Shown one piece after another: positions 46,369 to 55,670 of a stretch of DNA of 64,000 bases; within the stretch, counting starts at the first letter, position 1; each line of letters begins with the position of its first letter. This DNA comes from Candidatus Aenigmatarchaeota archaeon (lineage in GTDB: Archaea; Aenigmatarchaeota; Aenigmatarchaeia; Aenigmatarchaeales; JACQIB01). The notes under the pieces are model-generated. The model did no database searches and was not told the origin of the DNA. It saw only the letters and a program-made list of their open reading frames with translations. Location: NCBI GenBank assembly GCA_016198755.1, contig JACQIB010000004.1, forward strand, positions 160,001-224,000, written 5' to 3'. Made by a program: the position numbers and the translations under genes.

Positions 46369-48189
46369 TTGATTGTGGCCAAGACACAGCTCTCGTTCTT
46401 TGAGATACTCTCGGTAACTATAGGCACTATACTTACAACAGCAGTGTTTTTGTTGCCAGGCCAGCTGGCTGCTGAGCATGGATTTTCCTCCCTATATATT
46501 TGGATTGCTATTGCTCTGTTAACAATACCAATAGGGCTTTCTTTTGCTGAATTGGCTGGTATGTTTTCACAGAGCGGAGGGCCTTTCATTTTTGTCAGGA
46601 AAGCTTTCGGAGACTTTGCAGGATTTGTTGCAGGCTGGAGCACATGGGTTTACTCTACAATTGCTATTGCTGCACTTGCAAAAATCACTGGAAGTTATTT
46701 TTCCTTTCTTTTTCCACTTTCAGGATGGGGGATGGCTCTATTTTCTGTTGGGATTATAGGGATTTTTACCCTGATTAACCTGTTAGGGGCAAAACAGGGA
46801 GCTAAGGTAGATATGCTAATGATTTGGGTTTCAATTGGAATTGCGCTGCTTTTTGTTGTACTTGGCTTTGGAACAGTGGATATAACTAGGTTTTCAACTC
46901 TTCCTTCTGCTTCTTTGCCAGCGCTTGCTTTAGCTGGTATACTGGCTATGGAGCTGTTTATTGGCTGGGAATCTGCAACAATTATATCAGAAGAAGTTAA
47001 AAGTCCGAAAAGGCTCATACCTCGCGCTTTAGTATGGACAATTTTTATTGCAACAATAGTTTATCTTTCTGTTATTTTCGTTTTCCTTGGGAATGCTGAT
47101 ATTGGAAAAGTTTCTGAGAGCCTGAACCCGCTTGCTGAAACAGCAAAAAGCTTTGCTGGAGCTTTTGCGCCCGTGTTTTCAGTAGGAGCTGTAATAATAA
47201 GTCTTGCTGTTGTAAACAGCTGGATTCTGACTGTTGCCAGACTTCCATATGCAATGGCCAAAGGGAAGCTTTTCTTAAAATATTTTGAAAAAGAAAACAA
47301 GTACGGAGCTCCATCTCATGCTCTGCTTCTGCAGTTCCTTTTTGCTTCTGCAGCTGTATTCTTCGATCTGGAGCATATTCTGCAGGTTTTGCTTTCAGTT
47401 GCCTTTATATTGTATATTGTAACCATGGCTGCCTTAATCAAATTGAGGAAAACAAATGAAAGCAGCTTTAAAGTCCCTAAAATACTTCCCTACATTGGAA
47501 TTGCACTTCTGCTGGGAATGCTGATTTTTATTCCATGGGAAATACTTGCTGTGGGCTTGGTTTTGCTTTTTACTGGCCTTCCGGCTTTCTTTGTTGTCAA
47601 GCTTTTCACGGACAGGGCTTTTGTGGAAGCTTACTGGGACAGGCTTGGAGGATTAATGGATGTCTATTTCCGCAGCCTGCTGGAAGGAGATATACTTGAA
47701 AAAGTTATATTAAATGCTGATATAAAGAAAAACCATACTGCACTGGATTATGGATGCGGTTCAGGGCATACAACAGATGATGTTGCAAAGCTGGCTGGGA
47801 AAGTTGTGGCCGCAGATCTATCTGTAAACCAGCTGCATAAAGCTGTTTCAAGCATACATAAAAAGGGTAATCTTACAAACATAATTTTTGTAAAACTCTC
47901 AAAACCAGCTCCTTTTGAAAAAGAAACCTTTGATAGAATTGTCTGCACACTTGCAACAAACTATTTTGTAAACCCTATAAAAGAATTTACAGCTCTTGCA
48001 AGGGTTTTGAAGCGGGGAGGAAAAGCCAGCTTTTTGTCTGTTCGCGCTGCAGGTATTCCGGAACATGATTTCCTGCACAAAGATGGCTCAATAAAATCTG
48101 TAATGATAAAAGCAGGATTTTCCAATATTGAAATAGAAAGGCTGAAAAAAGGACACAGGGAATATATGTTCATTGTTGCTGGCAAATAG
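46369..48189 (+). CDS. APC-family amino acid permease fused to a class I SAM methyltransferase domain
   Basis: FAELAGMFSQSGGPF, FIGWE, EEVKSPKR; C-terminal ALDYGCGSG, AADLS, FDRIV. Confidence 0.85.
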   Translation: MIVAKTQLSFFEILSVTIGTILTTAVFLLPGQLAAEHGFSSLYIWIAIALLTIPIGLSFAELAGMFSQSGGPFIFVRKAFGDFAGFVAGWSTWVYSTIAIAALAKITGSYFSFLFPLSGWGMALFSVGIIGIFTLINLLGAKQGAKVDMLMIWVSIGIALLFVVLGFGTVDITRFSTLPSASLPALALAGILAMELFIGWESATIISEEVKSPKRLIPRALVWTIFIATIVYLSVIFVFLGNADIGKVSESLNPLAETAKSFAGAFAPVFSVGAVIISLAVVNSWILTVARLPYAMAKGKLFLKYFEKENKYGAPSHALLLQFLFASAAVFFDLEHILQVLLSVAFILYIVTMAALIKLRKTNESSFKVPKILPYIGIALLLGMLIFIPWEILAVGLVLLFTGLPAFFVVKLFTDRAFVEAYWDRLGGLMDVYFRSLLEGDILEKVILNADIKKNHTALDYGCGSGHTTDDVAKLAGKVVAADLSVNQLHKAVSSIHKKGNLTNIIFVKLSKPAPFEKETFDRIVCTLATNYFVNPIKEFTALARVLKRGGKASFLSVRAAGIPEHDFLHKDGSIKSVMIKAGFSNIEIERLKKGHREYMFIVAGK

Positions 48190-48219
48190 GCTTATATTCT
48201 GGGCAGGCAAAACATCTCT

Positions 48220-48693
48220 ATGCTTGTTAAAGACCATATGACTAAAAAGGTTATTACAGCAGAACCTGAGGAAAATCTGGGCTCTATTATAAGGAAGTTT
48301 GTAAAATATGATATTTCAGGGATTCCTGTTGTTGACGATAAAAAGAAGGTATTGGGAATTGTAACTGAAACAGATGTTGTGAAAGCAATAGACGTTTTCA
48401 CACCTAAAATACACTTTGATACTGAAACTAGCTTTGCCTTAGTTCTGGCTTTTTTGAAAAAGGGGAAGGGTATGAAACCGTTTAAGGAAGAAGTAAGGAG
48501 GGGAGAATCCGTGAAAGTTAGGGAATTTATGACATCTCCTGTGCGTACTATAGATTCCCACAAAACAGTTCTGGAAGCTGCCCAAATGATGAACAACTAT
48601 GGAATAAACAGGATACCTGTTGTGGAAAGGGAAAAATTGGTTGGTATAATTGCCCGCGCAGATGTTATCAGAGCTTTCGGCAGCGGACAGTAG
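48220..48693 (+). CDS. CBS-domain protein
   Basis: VKDHMT..ISGIPVVD..GIVTETD; VREFMT..INRIPVV..GIIARAD. Confidence 0.92.
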   Translation: MLVKDHMTKKVITAEPEENLGSIIRKFVKYDISGIPVVDDKKKVLGIVTETDVVKAIDVFTPKIHFDTETSFALVLAFLKKGKGMKPFKEEVRRGESVKVREFMTSPVRTIDSHKTVLEAAQMMNNYGINRIPVVEREKLVGIIARADVIRAFGSGQ

Positions 48694-48728
48694 ATGAGAT
48701 TTTTATTCTGGTAATATAAGAATTTATA

Positions 48729-49292
48729 ATGGATATGAAAGGTTTCTGGAAACTTATTAAGAAAGAGGAAATGAAATATGGTAACCTGCTCCTGCTTTTA
48801 GTAAGCCTAATTGTTGCCTATATAATTCTAACCCCGTCACTTTTCGGCTCTCTGGTTGAAGGAATAAAAGAAACTAGGGAATATGGGCTGTTGGGAGTGT
48901 TTATAGCAGGATTGTTTTTCTCATATGGATTGACAACGCCTGTTTCTATTGTTGTTTTGTATGCTTTTGGCTCTGTTTTTAACCCGCTTTCCGTAGCAGC
49001 CATTGGAGCTGCAGGCGCTGCCATATCAGACTATATAATTTACTATTTTGTAAAGAGGAGTTTTTCAAAAGAATTTGATAAAGGCTTGAAAAAATTTGGA
49101 AAACTATCAAAATGGCTCCATTACTTTGCCCCTGTTATAGCAGGATTGATAATAGCCAGTCCCCTGCCGGACGAGCTTGGAGCAGCTTTTTTAGGGATTG
49201 TTAAGTTTGAGAAACGCAGGTTTTTTGTGTTCGCCTATTTTGCAAACTTCTTTGGAATACTTTTGCTGGCTTGGCTGGGAAGTGCTATCTAG
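48729..49292 (+). CDS. DedA/VTT-like membrane protein
   Basis: GAAGAAISDYIIY, IIASPLPDELG; multiple TMs. Confidence 0.65.
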   Translation: MDMKGFWKLIKKEEMKYGNLLLLLVSLIVAYIILTPSLFGSLVEGIKETREYGLLGVFIAGLFFSYGLTTPVSIVVLYAFGSVFNPLSVAAIGAAGAAISDYIIYYFVKRSFSKEFDKGLKKFGKLSKWLHYFAPVIAGLIIASPLPDELGAAFLGIVKFEKRRFFVFAYFANFFGILLLAWLGSAI

Positions 49293-49300
49293 AATTAAAA

Positions 49301-49460
49301 TGGGGCCCGGACCGAGATTTTCCCGCCCCACCTGAGGGGGTAGGGCTGTAGGGGGAAACTTCCCCCTGAGCTTTGAACTCGGGTCTAGGGCTGTCTGCTC
49401 CGCACGCCTTAAGCGCGCTGGGCCACAGGCCCACATGCTAACCACTACACCATCCGGGCC
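49301..49460 (-). tRNA. tRNA-His(GTG) with encoded G-1 and two introns (37/38: 49393-49422; 59/60: 49318-49371)
   Basis: G-GCCCGGA/TCCGGGC-C-CCA acceptor; CTGT/GCAG helix at anticodon; T arm CCGAG-TTCAAAT-CTCGG restored. Confidence 0.9.
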
Positions 49461-49465
49461 ATGGT

Positions 49466-50088
49466 TCAGAAATATCTAAGCAGAGGAGATTTAAAAGGTT
49501 GCGCGGGATGGAAAAAGTGCTTGGAAACTTCGAAAATGTTGTCTGTTGGAAGAAGTATTTTTCCTATATTGACAGCTTCGACCATTGGAATATCATTTGC
49601 TCCATCTCCAAAAGCCATAGTAATTTTGGCTTCGCAAAAGTCTGAAAAGAAGTGAATCCAGCTGTCTTTTACAGAAACGTTTACCTGAACATCAAAGAGC
49701 TTCCCGCTCCTGAACAAAAGTTTATTGCATGCCAAATAGTCTATTCCTAGCTCTTTGCAAACCAGTTTGGCCTGCAAATCAAATCCTCCTGTTATAACAG
49801 CTGTTGCAAAATTATTTTTCTTAAACATCTTAACAGCTTCTTTTACTCCTTTTTTCAGTGTATACTTTTCTGATACTCTTAAAATATCCTTATACTCGAT
49901 TCCCTCAAGGATTTCAATTCTCCTTCTTAACCCATCTTCCCAGTTTATAACTCCGCACAGACCAAATTCTGTTATTTTCTTTATTTCCTTTTCTTTTCCT
50001 GTAAGTTTAGCAATTTCAATTAACATTTCTTCCTCTATCAAAGTCCCTTCTAAATCAAAAACAACGAGTCCATTGATTGGCTGTACAT
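49466..50088 (-). CDS. serB: HAD phosphoserine phosphatase (SerB-like), 5' end frameshifted or non-canonical start
   Basis: In-frame VVFDLEGTL upstream of 50041, ITGGF, FGDGANDIPM; ATGs at 50073/50088 are out of frame. Confidence 0.7.
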
Positions 50089-50156
50089 CGCACTCAGAAA
50101 ACTATATTGTAACAAGTGCTTTTAAGCCTGTTAGGCAGAACCATTGACCAGTAGAA

Positions 50157-50255
50157 TCAAACTGGCTTTGCAGGGTATATTGCCACGTAAATCGCGCCAA
50201 TAATTATAAGCGCAGCTAAAATAAACTGAACAATTCTTTTCAGGTTAATTACCAT
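50157..50255 (-). CDS. 32-aa single-pass membrane peptide, not in ORF track
   Basis: MVINLKRIVQFILAALIIIGAIYVAIYPAKPV; starts 5 nt after upstream stop. Confidence 0.55.
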   Translation of the reverse strand: MVINLKRIVQFILAALIIIGAIYVAIYPAKPV

Positions 50256-50260
50256 TCAAA

Positions 50261-50341
50261 TCAACAGCAGCCACAGCCGCCCTTGCCTGAACAGTCCCCG
50301 CAACCGCAGGAACTACCATGCTTTTTCTTTTCTTTTGCCAT
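50261..50341 (-). CDS. 26-aa Cys/Gly-rich metallothionein-like peptide, not in ORF track
   Basis: MAKEKKKHGSSCGCGDCSGKGGCGCC; TTTTTATA box ~25 nt upstream. Confidence 0.6.
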   Translation of the reverse strand: MAKEKKKHGSSCGCGDCSGKGGCGCC

Positions 50342-50413
50342 TATAAAAATTAGATAATTAGCTATAAAAAGCTATATCAAAAACCTCTTATTTGTGTAAA
50401 TACAATAATTTGT

Positions 50414-50869
50414 ATGGCTCTTTCAGCACAAAGGTTGATGCCACCAGAGCCCAGAAGGGTGGCACCTATCACACCTGCAGAGCTGACAGATAGAGAAAGA
50501 TTTGGCTGGCTTTACTCACCTCCGCGTGGAAAAACAGTTGGATTTGAGTATATAGAAGGGGATAAGTTTTGTCTTGTAGTTGGTGAATTAAGTTACAGAA
50601 AACCGCCAAAATATTCTACAAGAAAACCATATTCTATAGATGTTACATTTGCAAAATACGAAGGTAGGGTACTTGGAGATGTGCTGGACAATACTTCTGC
50701 ACGCATAGCTCCGGAAGGGCTTTTGTTCCGTTCGCATACCCCTGTTCATCTGTCCAGAGATACATTTTTGGAAAAGGTGCAGACTGTGAAGGGAATTATC
50801 AAAGGGACTAATGAACAGATAGATTATTTTGAAGGTATAGTTGAGGGAGAAAGATTTGCAGCAGACTAA
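50414..50869 (+). CDS. orphan-family protein, paralog 1
   Basis: GKTVGFEY...CLVVGEL...TPVHLSRDTF. Confidence 0.6.
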   Translation: MALSAQRLMPPEPRRVAPITPAELTDRERFGWLYSPPRGKTVGFEYIEGDKFCLVVGELSYRKPPKYSTRKPYSIDVTFAKYEGRVLGDVLDNTSARIAPEGLLFRSHTPVHLSRDTFLEKVQTVKGIIKGTNEQIDYFEGIVEGERFAAD

Positions 50870-50903
50870 TGGTTTATTAACCTTTTCTATTGAATAGGAT
50901 TCT

Positions 50904-51383
50904 ATGGGTATGGGAGGTTGGGGCATTTGGTTTGCCTTAAAAACTGCTGCAGAACAGGAAACAGCTACTAAGGCAAAATATGAAGTGGTGTTCCCTATAG
51001 CTGACATTTTAAGGCCAGCAGAATATGAGAGGTTCATAAATTGGGTAGGTCATAGGGCAGTTGGAGTTGGTTATGTTAATCCAGACCCTACTATGCCGCA
51101 GATGCAACTTGCAGTTGGTAAACTATCTACTATAGCTCCAACGGGAGGAAAACAGGACATTTCACTTAATTTTGATGGGGAAGGAACAGTGCTTTCAGCA
51201 GGTAGTATTTTTCACTCCGGAACAATGGAACTCCCTAAAAACACTCCTGTATATACGGGAAAGGCAGATTTTCTGCGAGAGGTAAGGAAACTGGACCCGC
51301 TTGTAAATTCTAGAAGGGTTGTGAGAGAACCTTATGAAGCGTTTATGAAAAAAGTGGAAGAGAGCAGGTTCCCGTTCCAGTAG
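50904..51383 (+). CDS. orphan-family protein, paralog 2
   Basis: HRAVGVGY...LAVGKL...TPVYTGKADF. Confidence 0.6.
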   Translation: MGMGGWGIWFALKTAAEQETATKAKYEVVFPIADILRPAEYERFINWVGHRAVGVGYVNPDPTMPQMQLAVGKLSTIAPTGGKQDISLNFDGEGTVLSAGSIFHSGTMELPKNTPVYTGKADFLREVRKLDPLVNSRRVVREPYEAFMKKVEESRFPFQ

Positions 51384-51432
51384 TTTCTGGAAAGTAATGG
51401 GTTTTTATCCTTTCTTATATAATAACTTTCTT

Positions 51433-51984
51433 ATGGGAATTCTTGGTTGGAGGAATGGAACGCGACACGAGCCTAGGACAAAGCCAACCAATGGACAGAC
51501 AGCAGTCAATTATCAGCAAAAACTTTATGTTAGCTCTCTGCTGGATCAAGCAAACCAACCAGCCTATAGGCAGCGGCTTGTTGGGAAAAATGTTGGAATT
51601 GCATACGAACAACCTTCTGGAACAGAACCCTGTTTACTTTCTGTTGGAACAGTTATGACACCGCCAGAAGGTGTTATGCCTTGGAGACATATAAATAAAG
51701 ATGGGATAGATTATGTTGAACTAAAGTTTGCAAATGGTATTTCTGTAGATAGGAATAGACTGAAAGTTAATGTTACTGCAGTAAAGGCCGATACTGTTGG
51801 GGTAAATGCTGATACTAGTGCAGAACCGTTCCTGCCAAGTGCTGTTATTTGTACTAGGAGAAAGGAATTCGCAGATTTAGCTGACAGAGTTGCTGGACTT
51901 ATAATGCGAGATATGACTATGCAAGTTAGAATGGAGGATTATTATACTATACTGAATAAAGCCAATAAAGATCTGGAAATATAA
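51433..51984 (+). CDS. orphan-family protein, paralog 3
   Basis: GKNVGIAY...LSVGTV...AVICTRRKEF. Confidence 0.6.
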   Translation: MGILGWRNGTRHEPRTKPTNGQTAVNYQQKLYVSSLLDQANQPAYRQRLVGKNVGIAYEQPSGTEPCLLSVGTVMTPPEGVMPWRHINKDGIDYVELKFANGISVDRNRLKVNVTAVKADTVGVNADTSAEPFLPSAVICTRRKEFADLADRVAGLIMRDMTMQVRMEDYYTILNKANKDLEI

Positions 51985-52027
51985 CAATAGAATAGAGTTT
52001 AAAAGCAGGCTTTTAGAATTAGTTTAT

Positions 52028-54622
52028 ATGCCTGAGGTCTGGGAAATAACTGCTGGTGAGGTTTTAAAAGAGTTAAATGGTTCTGAAGCTGGGTTAAGAA
52101 CAGAAGAGGCGCAGCGCAGGCTGAAAAAATTTGGGCCAAACACAATAGAAAGAAAGCATGGACATGGCCCGTTAACAATTTTTGCAGAGCAGTTCAAGAG
52201 CTTTTTGGTTTTGCTTTTGGTTTTTGCAGCTGTAATTTCAGTTTTTTTCGGGGAGTTTATTGACTCTGCTGCTATAGCTATAATATTAGTTATAAATGCA
52301 TTGTTAGGATTCTGGCAGGAATATAAGTCTGAAAAAGCCATAGAAGCCATTAAGAAAATGGTTGTTGAAAGAGCTATTGTTCTGAGGGATGGGACTAAAT
52401 TGGAAATTCCAGCTGAAGAGCTTGTGCTGGGAGATATTGTTTTTATAGAAGCTGGTGAAAGAATACCAGCAGATATAAGGATTTTGCAGAGTTTTGGATT
52501 AAGGCTGGATGAATCTATACTTACAGGAGAGTCTGTTTCTGTTGGAAAAATTACAGAAAAAGTACAGGGAAAACAACTGGGAGACAGAAAAAATATGCTT
52601 TACATGGGAACTTTGGCTGTTGAAGGTACAGGAAAAGGTGTTGTTGTAAGCACAGGTTCAGGAACAGAAATGGGAAAAATAGCAAAACTTATAGAAGAAC
52701 CTGAGGAACCTACAAAATTCCAGAAAGATATGGATAAGTTCGGGAAGAGAGTAGGCTATATAATAGTGGTTATTGCACTGGCTGTTTTCCTTTTGGATAT
52801 GCTGCGCGGTGCTGGTCCAGTTAACTCTGCACTCATTGCAATAACTTTGGCTGTGGCAGCTGTGCCCGAAGGTTTGCCTGCTGTTGTAACAATAACCCTT
52901 GCAATAGGAATCCAAAAAATGGCAAAAAGAAACGCTTTCGTGCGCAGATTATCCTCAGTGGAAAGTTTGGGTATGATAACTGTTATTTGCGCTGACAAGA
53001 CAGGCACAATGACTTCTAACCAAATGACAGTCAGGAAAATATGGGCTAAAGGAAAGGAAATTGATATTACTGGTCTGGGCTATACTCCTGAAGGGAAATT
53101 TTTAGACGGGAAGAAAGAAACAACACTTGGAAAGGAAGAACTTTTGCTTTTGCGCACTGGTATGCTCTGTAATAATGCTGCACTCAGGCAAAATAAAGGC
53201 TGGGAAATTATTGGTGACCCGACTGAAGGGGCATTAATTGTAGCTGCTGAAAAAGCAGGTGTTAATGTGAAAGTGGAGAGAATATATGAAATACCCTTTA
53301 GCTCTGAAAGGAAGATGATGAGTGTTGTTTCTAAAGAAAAAGACGGTTTGTATGTGTATACAAAGGGAGCGCCGGAAATTATTCTTAATCATTGTATAAG
53401 AGAAATCGGAGGGCAGATGACATCAAGTAAAAAATACAATATACAGGAAGAGTTCAGGAAAATGGCTGAATCCGGTTTAAGGGTGCTTGCTCTGGCTTAC
53501 AAACCTTTTGATGGGAATCTGAAACGAGCAGAAGAAGGCTTGGTTTTCATTGGATTAGTAGGTATGATTGATCCTCCAACAGAAGAAACAAAACATTCTG
53601 TAGCTGTCTGTAAGGAAGCTGGTATAAGGCCAATAATGATAACAGGAGATCATTTGCTTACAGCAAAAGCAATATCAAAAGAAGTTGGTATAGAAGGAGA
53701 AGCTGTTACAGGGGAGGATTTGGAAAAGACAGATGAGGAATTGACAAAAACTCTGGATAATATTTCTATATTCGCAAGGGTTTCCCCGCTACAGAAGCTA
53801 AAAATTATAGAAGCTCTGCATAAGCGCGGAGAACTGGTTTCAATGACAGGAGATGGTGTGAATGATGCACCGGCTCTGAAAAAGGCTGATGTTGGAGTTG
53901 CTATGGGCAGGAGAGGAAGCGATGCAGCCAGAGAAGCTTCAGATATAGTGCTTGCTGATGATAATTTTTCAACTATTGTTTATGCTGTGGAAGAGGGGAG
54001 GGGAATTTTTGACAATATAAAGAAATTTGTACATTATCTTATAGGAGCGAATATTGCAGAAGTTCTGGCTGTCCTTGGTTCCTTAGTATTTTTCCTTCCA
54101 CTGCCCTTTACTCCATTGCAGCTTTTATGGATAAATCTTACAACAGATGGTTTGCCTGCATTGGCGCTGGGCTTTGAGAAAAAACAGAAAGAAATAATGA
54201 AAGAAAAGCCAAAAGGAACTGAATCTGGTATATTGAAAGGGAGCTGGAGTTTCCTGTTTGCTGTAGCTGTTGTAGGTGCTGCAGCAGTTCTTTTTAGCCT
54301 GTTCCTCACACTTCCTCAGGGAATTGAAAAAGCCCGCACCGTGGCGTTCACAACAATGACGTTTTTTGAGTTGTTCCTCGTTTTCAGCATACACGCTGGA
54401 AAAGATGGGCTGTTAAAAGCAAACCCATTCTCAAACACTAAGCTTGTGCTGGCTGTATTAACTTCAGTTTTGCTTCAACTCTTAGTTATTTATTTTGTTC
54501 CTCTACAGACACTTTTCGATACAGTTCCACTCGCTTTAGGCGATTGGCTAACTATTTTGCTCTTGTCTGCGACAGGTCTATTTGTTTCTCCAAAGCTTTT
54601 CCTCGAGAAAAATCAGGTTTAA
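52028..54622 (+). CDS. P2A-type cation (Ca2+-like) transporting P-type ATPase
   Basis: LTGES, PEGL, DKTGT, KGAPE, MITGD, TGDGVNDAP. Confidence 0.95.
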   Translation: MPEVWEITAGEVLKELNGSEAGLRTEEAQRRLKKFGPNTIERKHGHGPLTIFAEQFKSFLVLLLVFAAVISVFFGEFIDSAAIAIILVINALLGFWQEYKSEKAIEAIKKMVVERAIVLRDGTKLEIPAEELVLGDIVFIEAGERIPADIRILQSFGLRLDESILTGESVSVGKITEKVQGKQLGDRKNMLYMGTLAVEGTGKGVVVSTGSGTEMGKIAKLIEEPEEPTKFQKDMDKFGKRVGYIIVVIALAVFLLDMLRGAGPVNSALIAITLAVAAVPEGLPAVVTITLAIGIQKMAKRNAFVRRLSSVESLGMITVICADKTGTMTSNQMTVRKIWAKGKEIDITGLGYTPEGKFLDGKKETTLGKEELLLLRTGMLCNNAALRQNKGWEIIGDPTEGALIVAAEKAGVNVKVERIYEIPFSSERKMMSVVSKEKDGLYVYTKGAPEIILNHCIREIGGQMTSSKKYNIQEEFRKMAESGLRVLALAYKPFDGNLKRAEEGLVFIGLVGMIDPPTEETKHSVAVCKEAGIRPIMITGDHLLTAKAISKEVGIEGEAVTGEDLEKTDEELTKTLDNISIFARVSPLQKLKIIEALHKRGELVSMTGDGVNDAPALKKADVGVAMGRRGSDAAREASDIVLADDNFSTIVYAVEEGRGIFDNIKKFVHYLIGANIAEVLAVLGSLVFFLPLPFTPLQLLWINLTTDGLPALALGFEKKQKEIMKEKPKGTESGILKGSWSFLFAVAVVGAAAVLFSLFLTLPQGIEKARTVAFTTMTFFELFLVFSIHAGKDGLLKANPFSNTKLVLAVLTSVLLQLLVIYFVPLQTLFDTVPLALGDWLTILLLSATGLFVSPKLFLEKNQV

Positions 54623-54647
54623 ATAGATTTCTTTTTACAACCTAATT

Positions 54648-55670
54648 ATGACTTCGATATCAGCTCTGGCTGGCAGTAGGCAAGTAGGTGGGATGCTCGG
54701 CAACACTGAAAGGTTTGTAGTCACGCAAACAGACAGCCAGGAAACCTTTGTAGATAACCATGGTCCATACCAGAAGGATGGGAACGCACTTAAAACAAGG
54801 TATTTGGGCAGATGCCTTGTAATGGGCACTGGCCAGGGATATCTTATTGAACATGCTACAGATAATTCACACATATTAGAACAGGATACACCAAAAGAGG
54901 TTGCAGAAAAACTTTTTGAAACGACAAACGGGAGAGAATATGGAACAAAGGGTCTGTCTTTTATAGTTGCCGGGAATGATGGGAAAACCTCAGAAATCTA
55001 CCATGTACACGCTTCCCCAAAGAAAAGCAGGAGGGTATCAGGACCAGTTGGTTGGATATTTGACGGGTCTGGGGCAAGGTTAATGAGGCCTGCATTTGAG
55101 AGAGATATAAAAAATGGAGCGCTTAATCTAAATATGGGCACCCTTCAGATGAGCATGGCAGATCTTATCTCATATCAGTGGAATCTTGGGGACAATGCAG
55201 CAAATGATATAGGTGTGAACGATAGGTGGGAAGTTGGATTGGTTACTCCTGATAAAATACGGACTCTTATAAGCCCAACAGTTCCTTTATGGAGCACAGC
55301 TCTTGAGGAGTATATACAGCTTAATTTAGGTGTGAACGTAACAGATTCGGAAAAGATGGGTCCTTTCTGGGGGGTAATGAACGACCTGCACCATGCGATA
55401 GAAATAGGATGCAGGAGACTGGGTCAGGCAGATTATAGGCTAAATCAAACCTTCGGTAATCAAAAATACAGACCCGCTGGTAATAGGGTAGACGAACTGA
55501 TTAAAAGCAAGCTCTCTGAGAGGGATGAAGAACGCAGAAAACTGGGTGTTCTGGTTGATGCATGGTATTCTGGAGAGTTGGAAACTGTTGTAACTGCTCT
55601 TGATATGTTTAGCGATGAAAGGAAAACTATGAGAACGAAGGCAGTGGAAATTGCAAGACAAGCTGCTTAA
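54648..55670 (+). CDS. proteasome beta-like Ntn-hydrolase with C-terminal extension
   Basis: M-T-S-I start, VVTQTDSQ, LKT, GTG, DGSG, NDIGVNDRWEVGLVT; paralog of 32662-33744. Confidence 0.65.
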   Translation: MTSISALAGSRQVGGMLGNTERFVVTQTDSQETFVDNHGPYQKDGNALKTRYLGRCLVMGTGQGYLIEHATDNSHILEQDTPKEVAEKLFETTNGREYGTKGLSFIVAGNDGKTSEIYHVHASPKKSRRVSGPVGWIFDGSGARLMRPAFERDIKNGALNLNMGTLQMSMADLISYQWNLGDNAANDIGVNDRWEVGLVTPDKIRTLISPTVPLWSTALEEYIQLNLGVNVTDSEKMGPFWGVMNDLHHAIEIGCRRLGQADYRLNQTFGNQKYRPAGNRVDELIKSKLSERDEERRKLGVLVDAWYSGELETVVTALDMFSDERKTMRTKAVEIARQAA

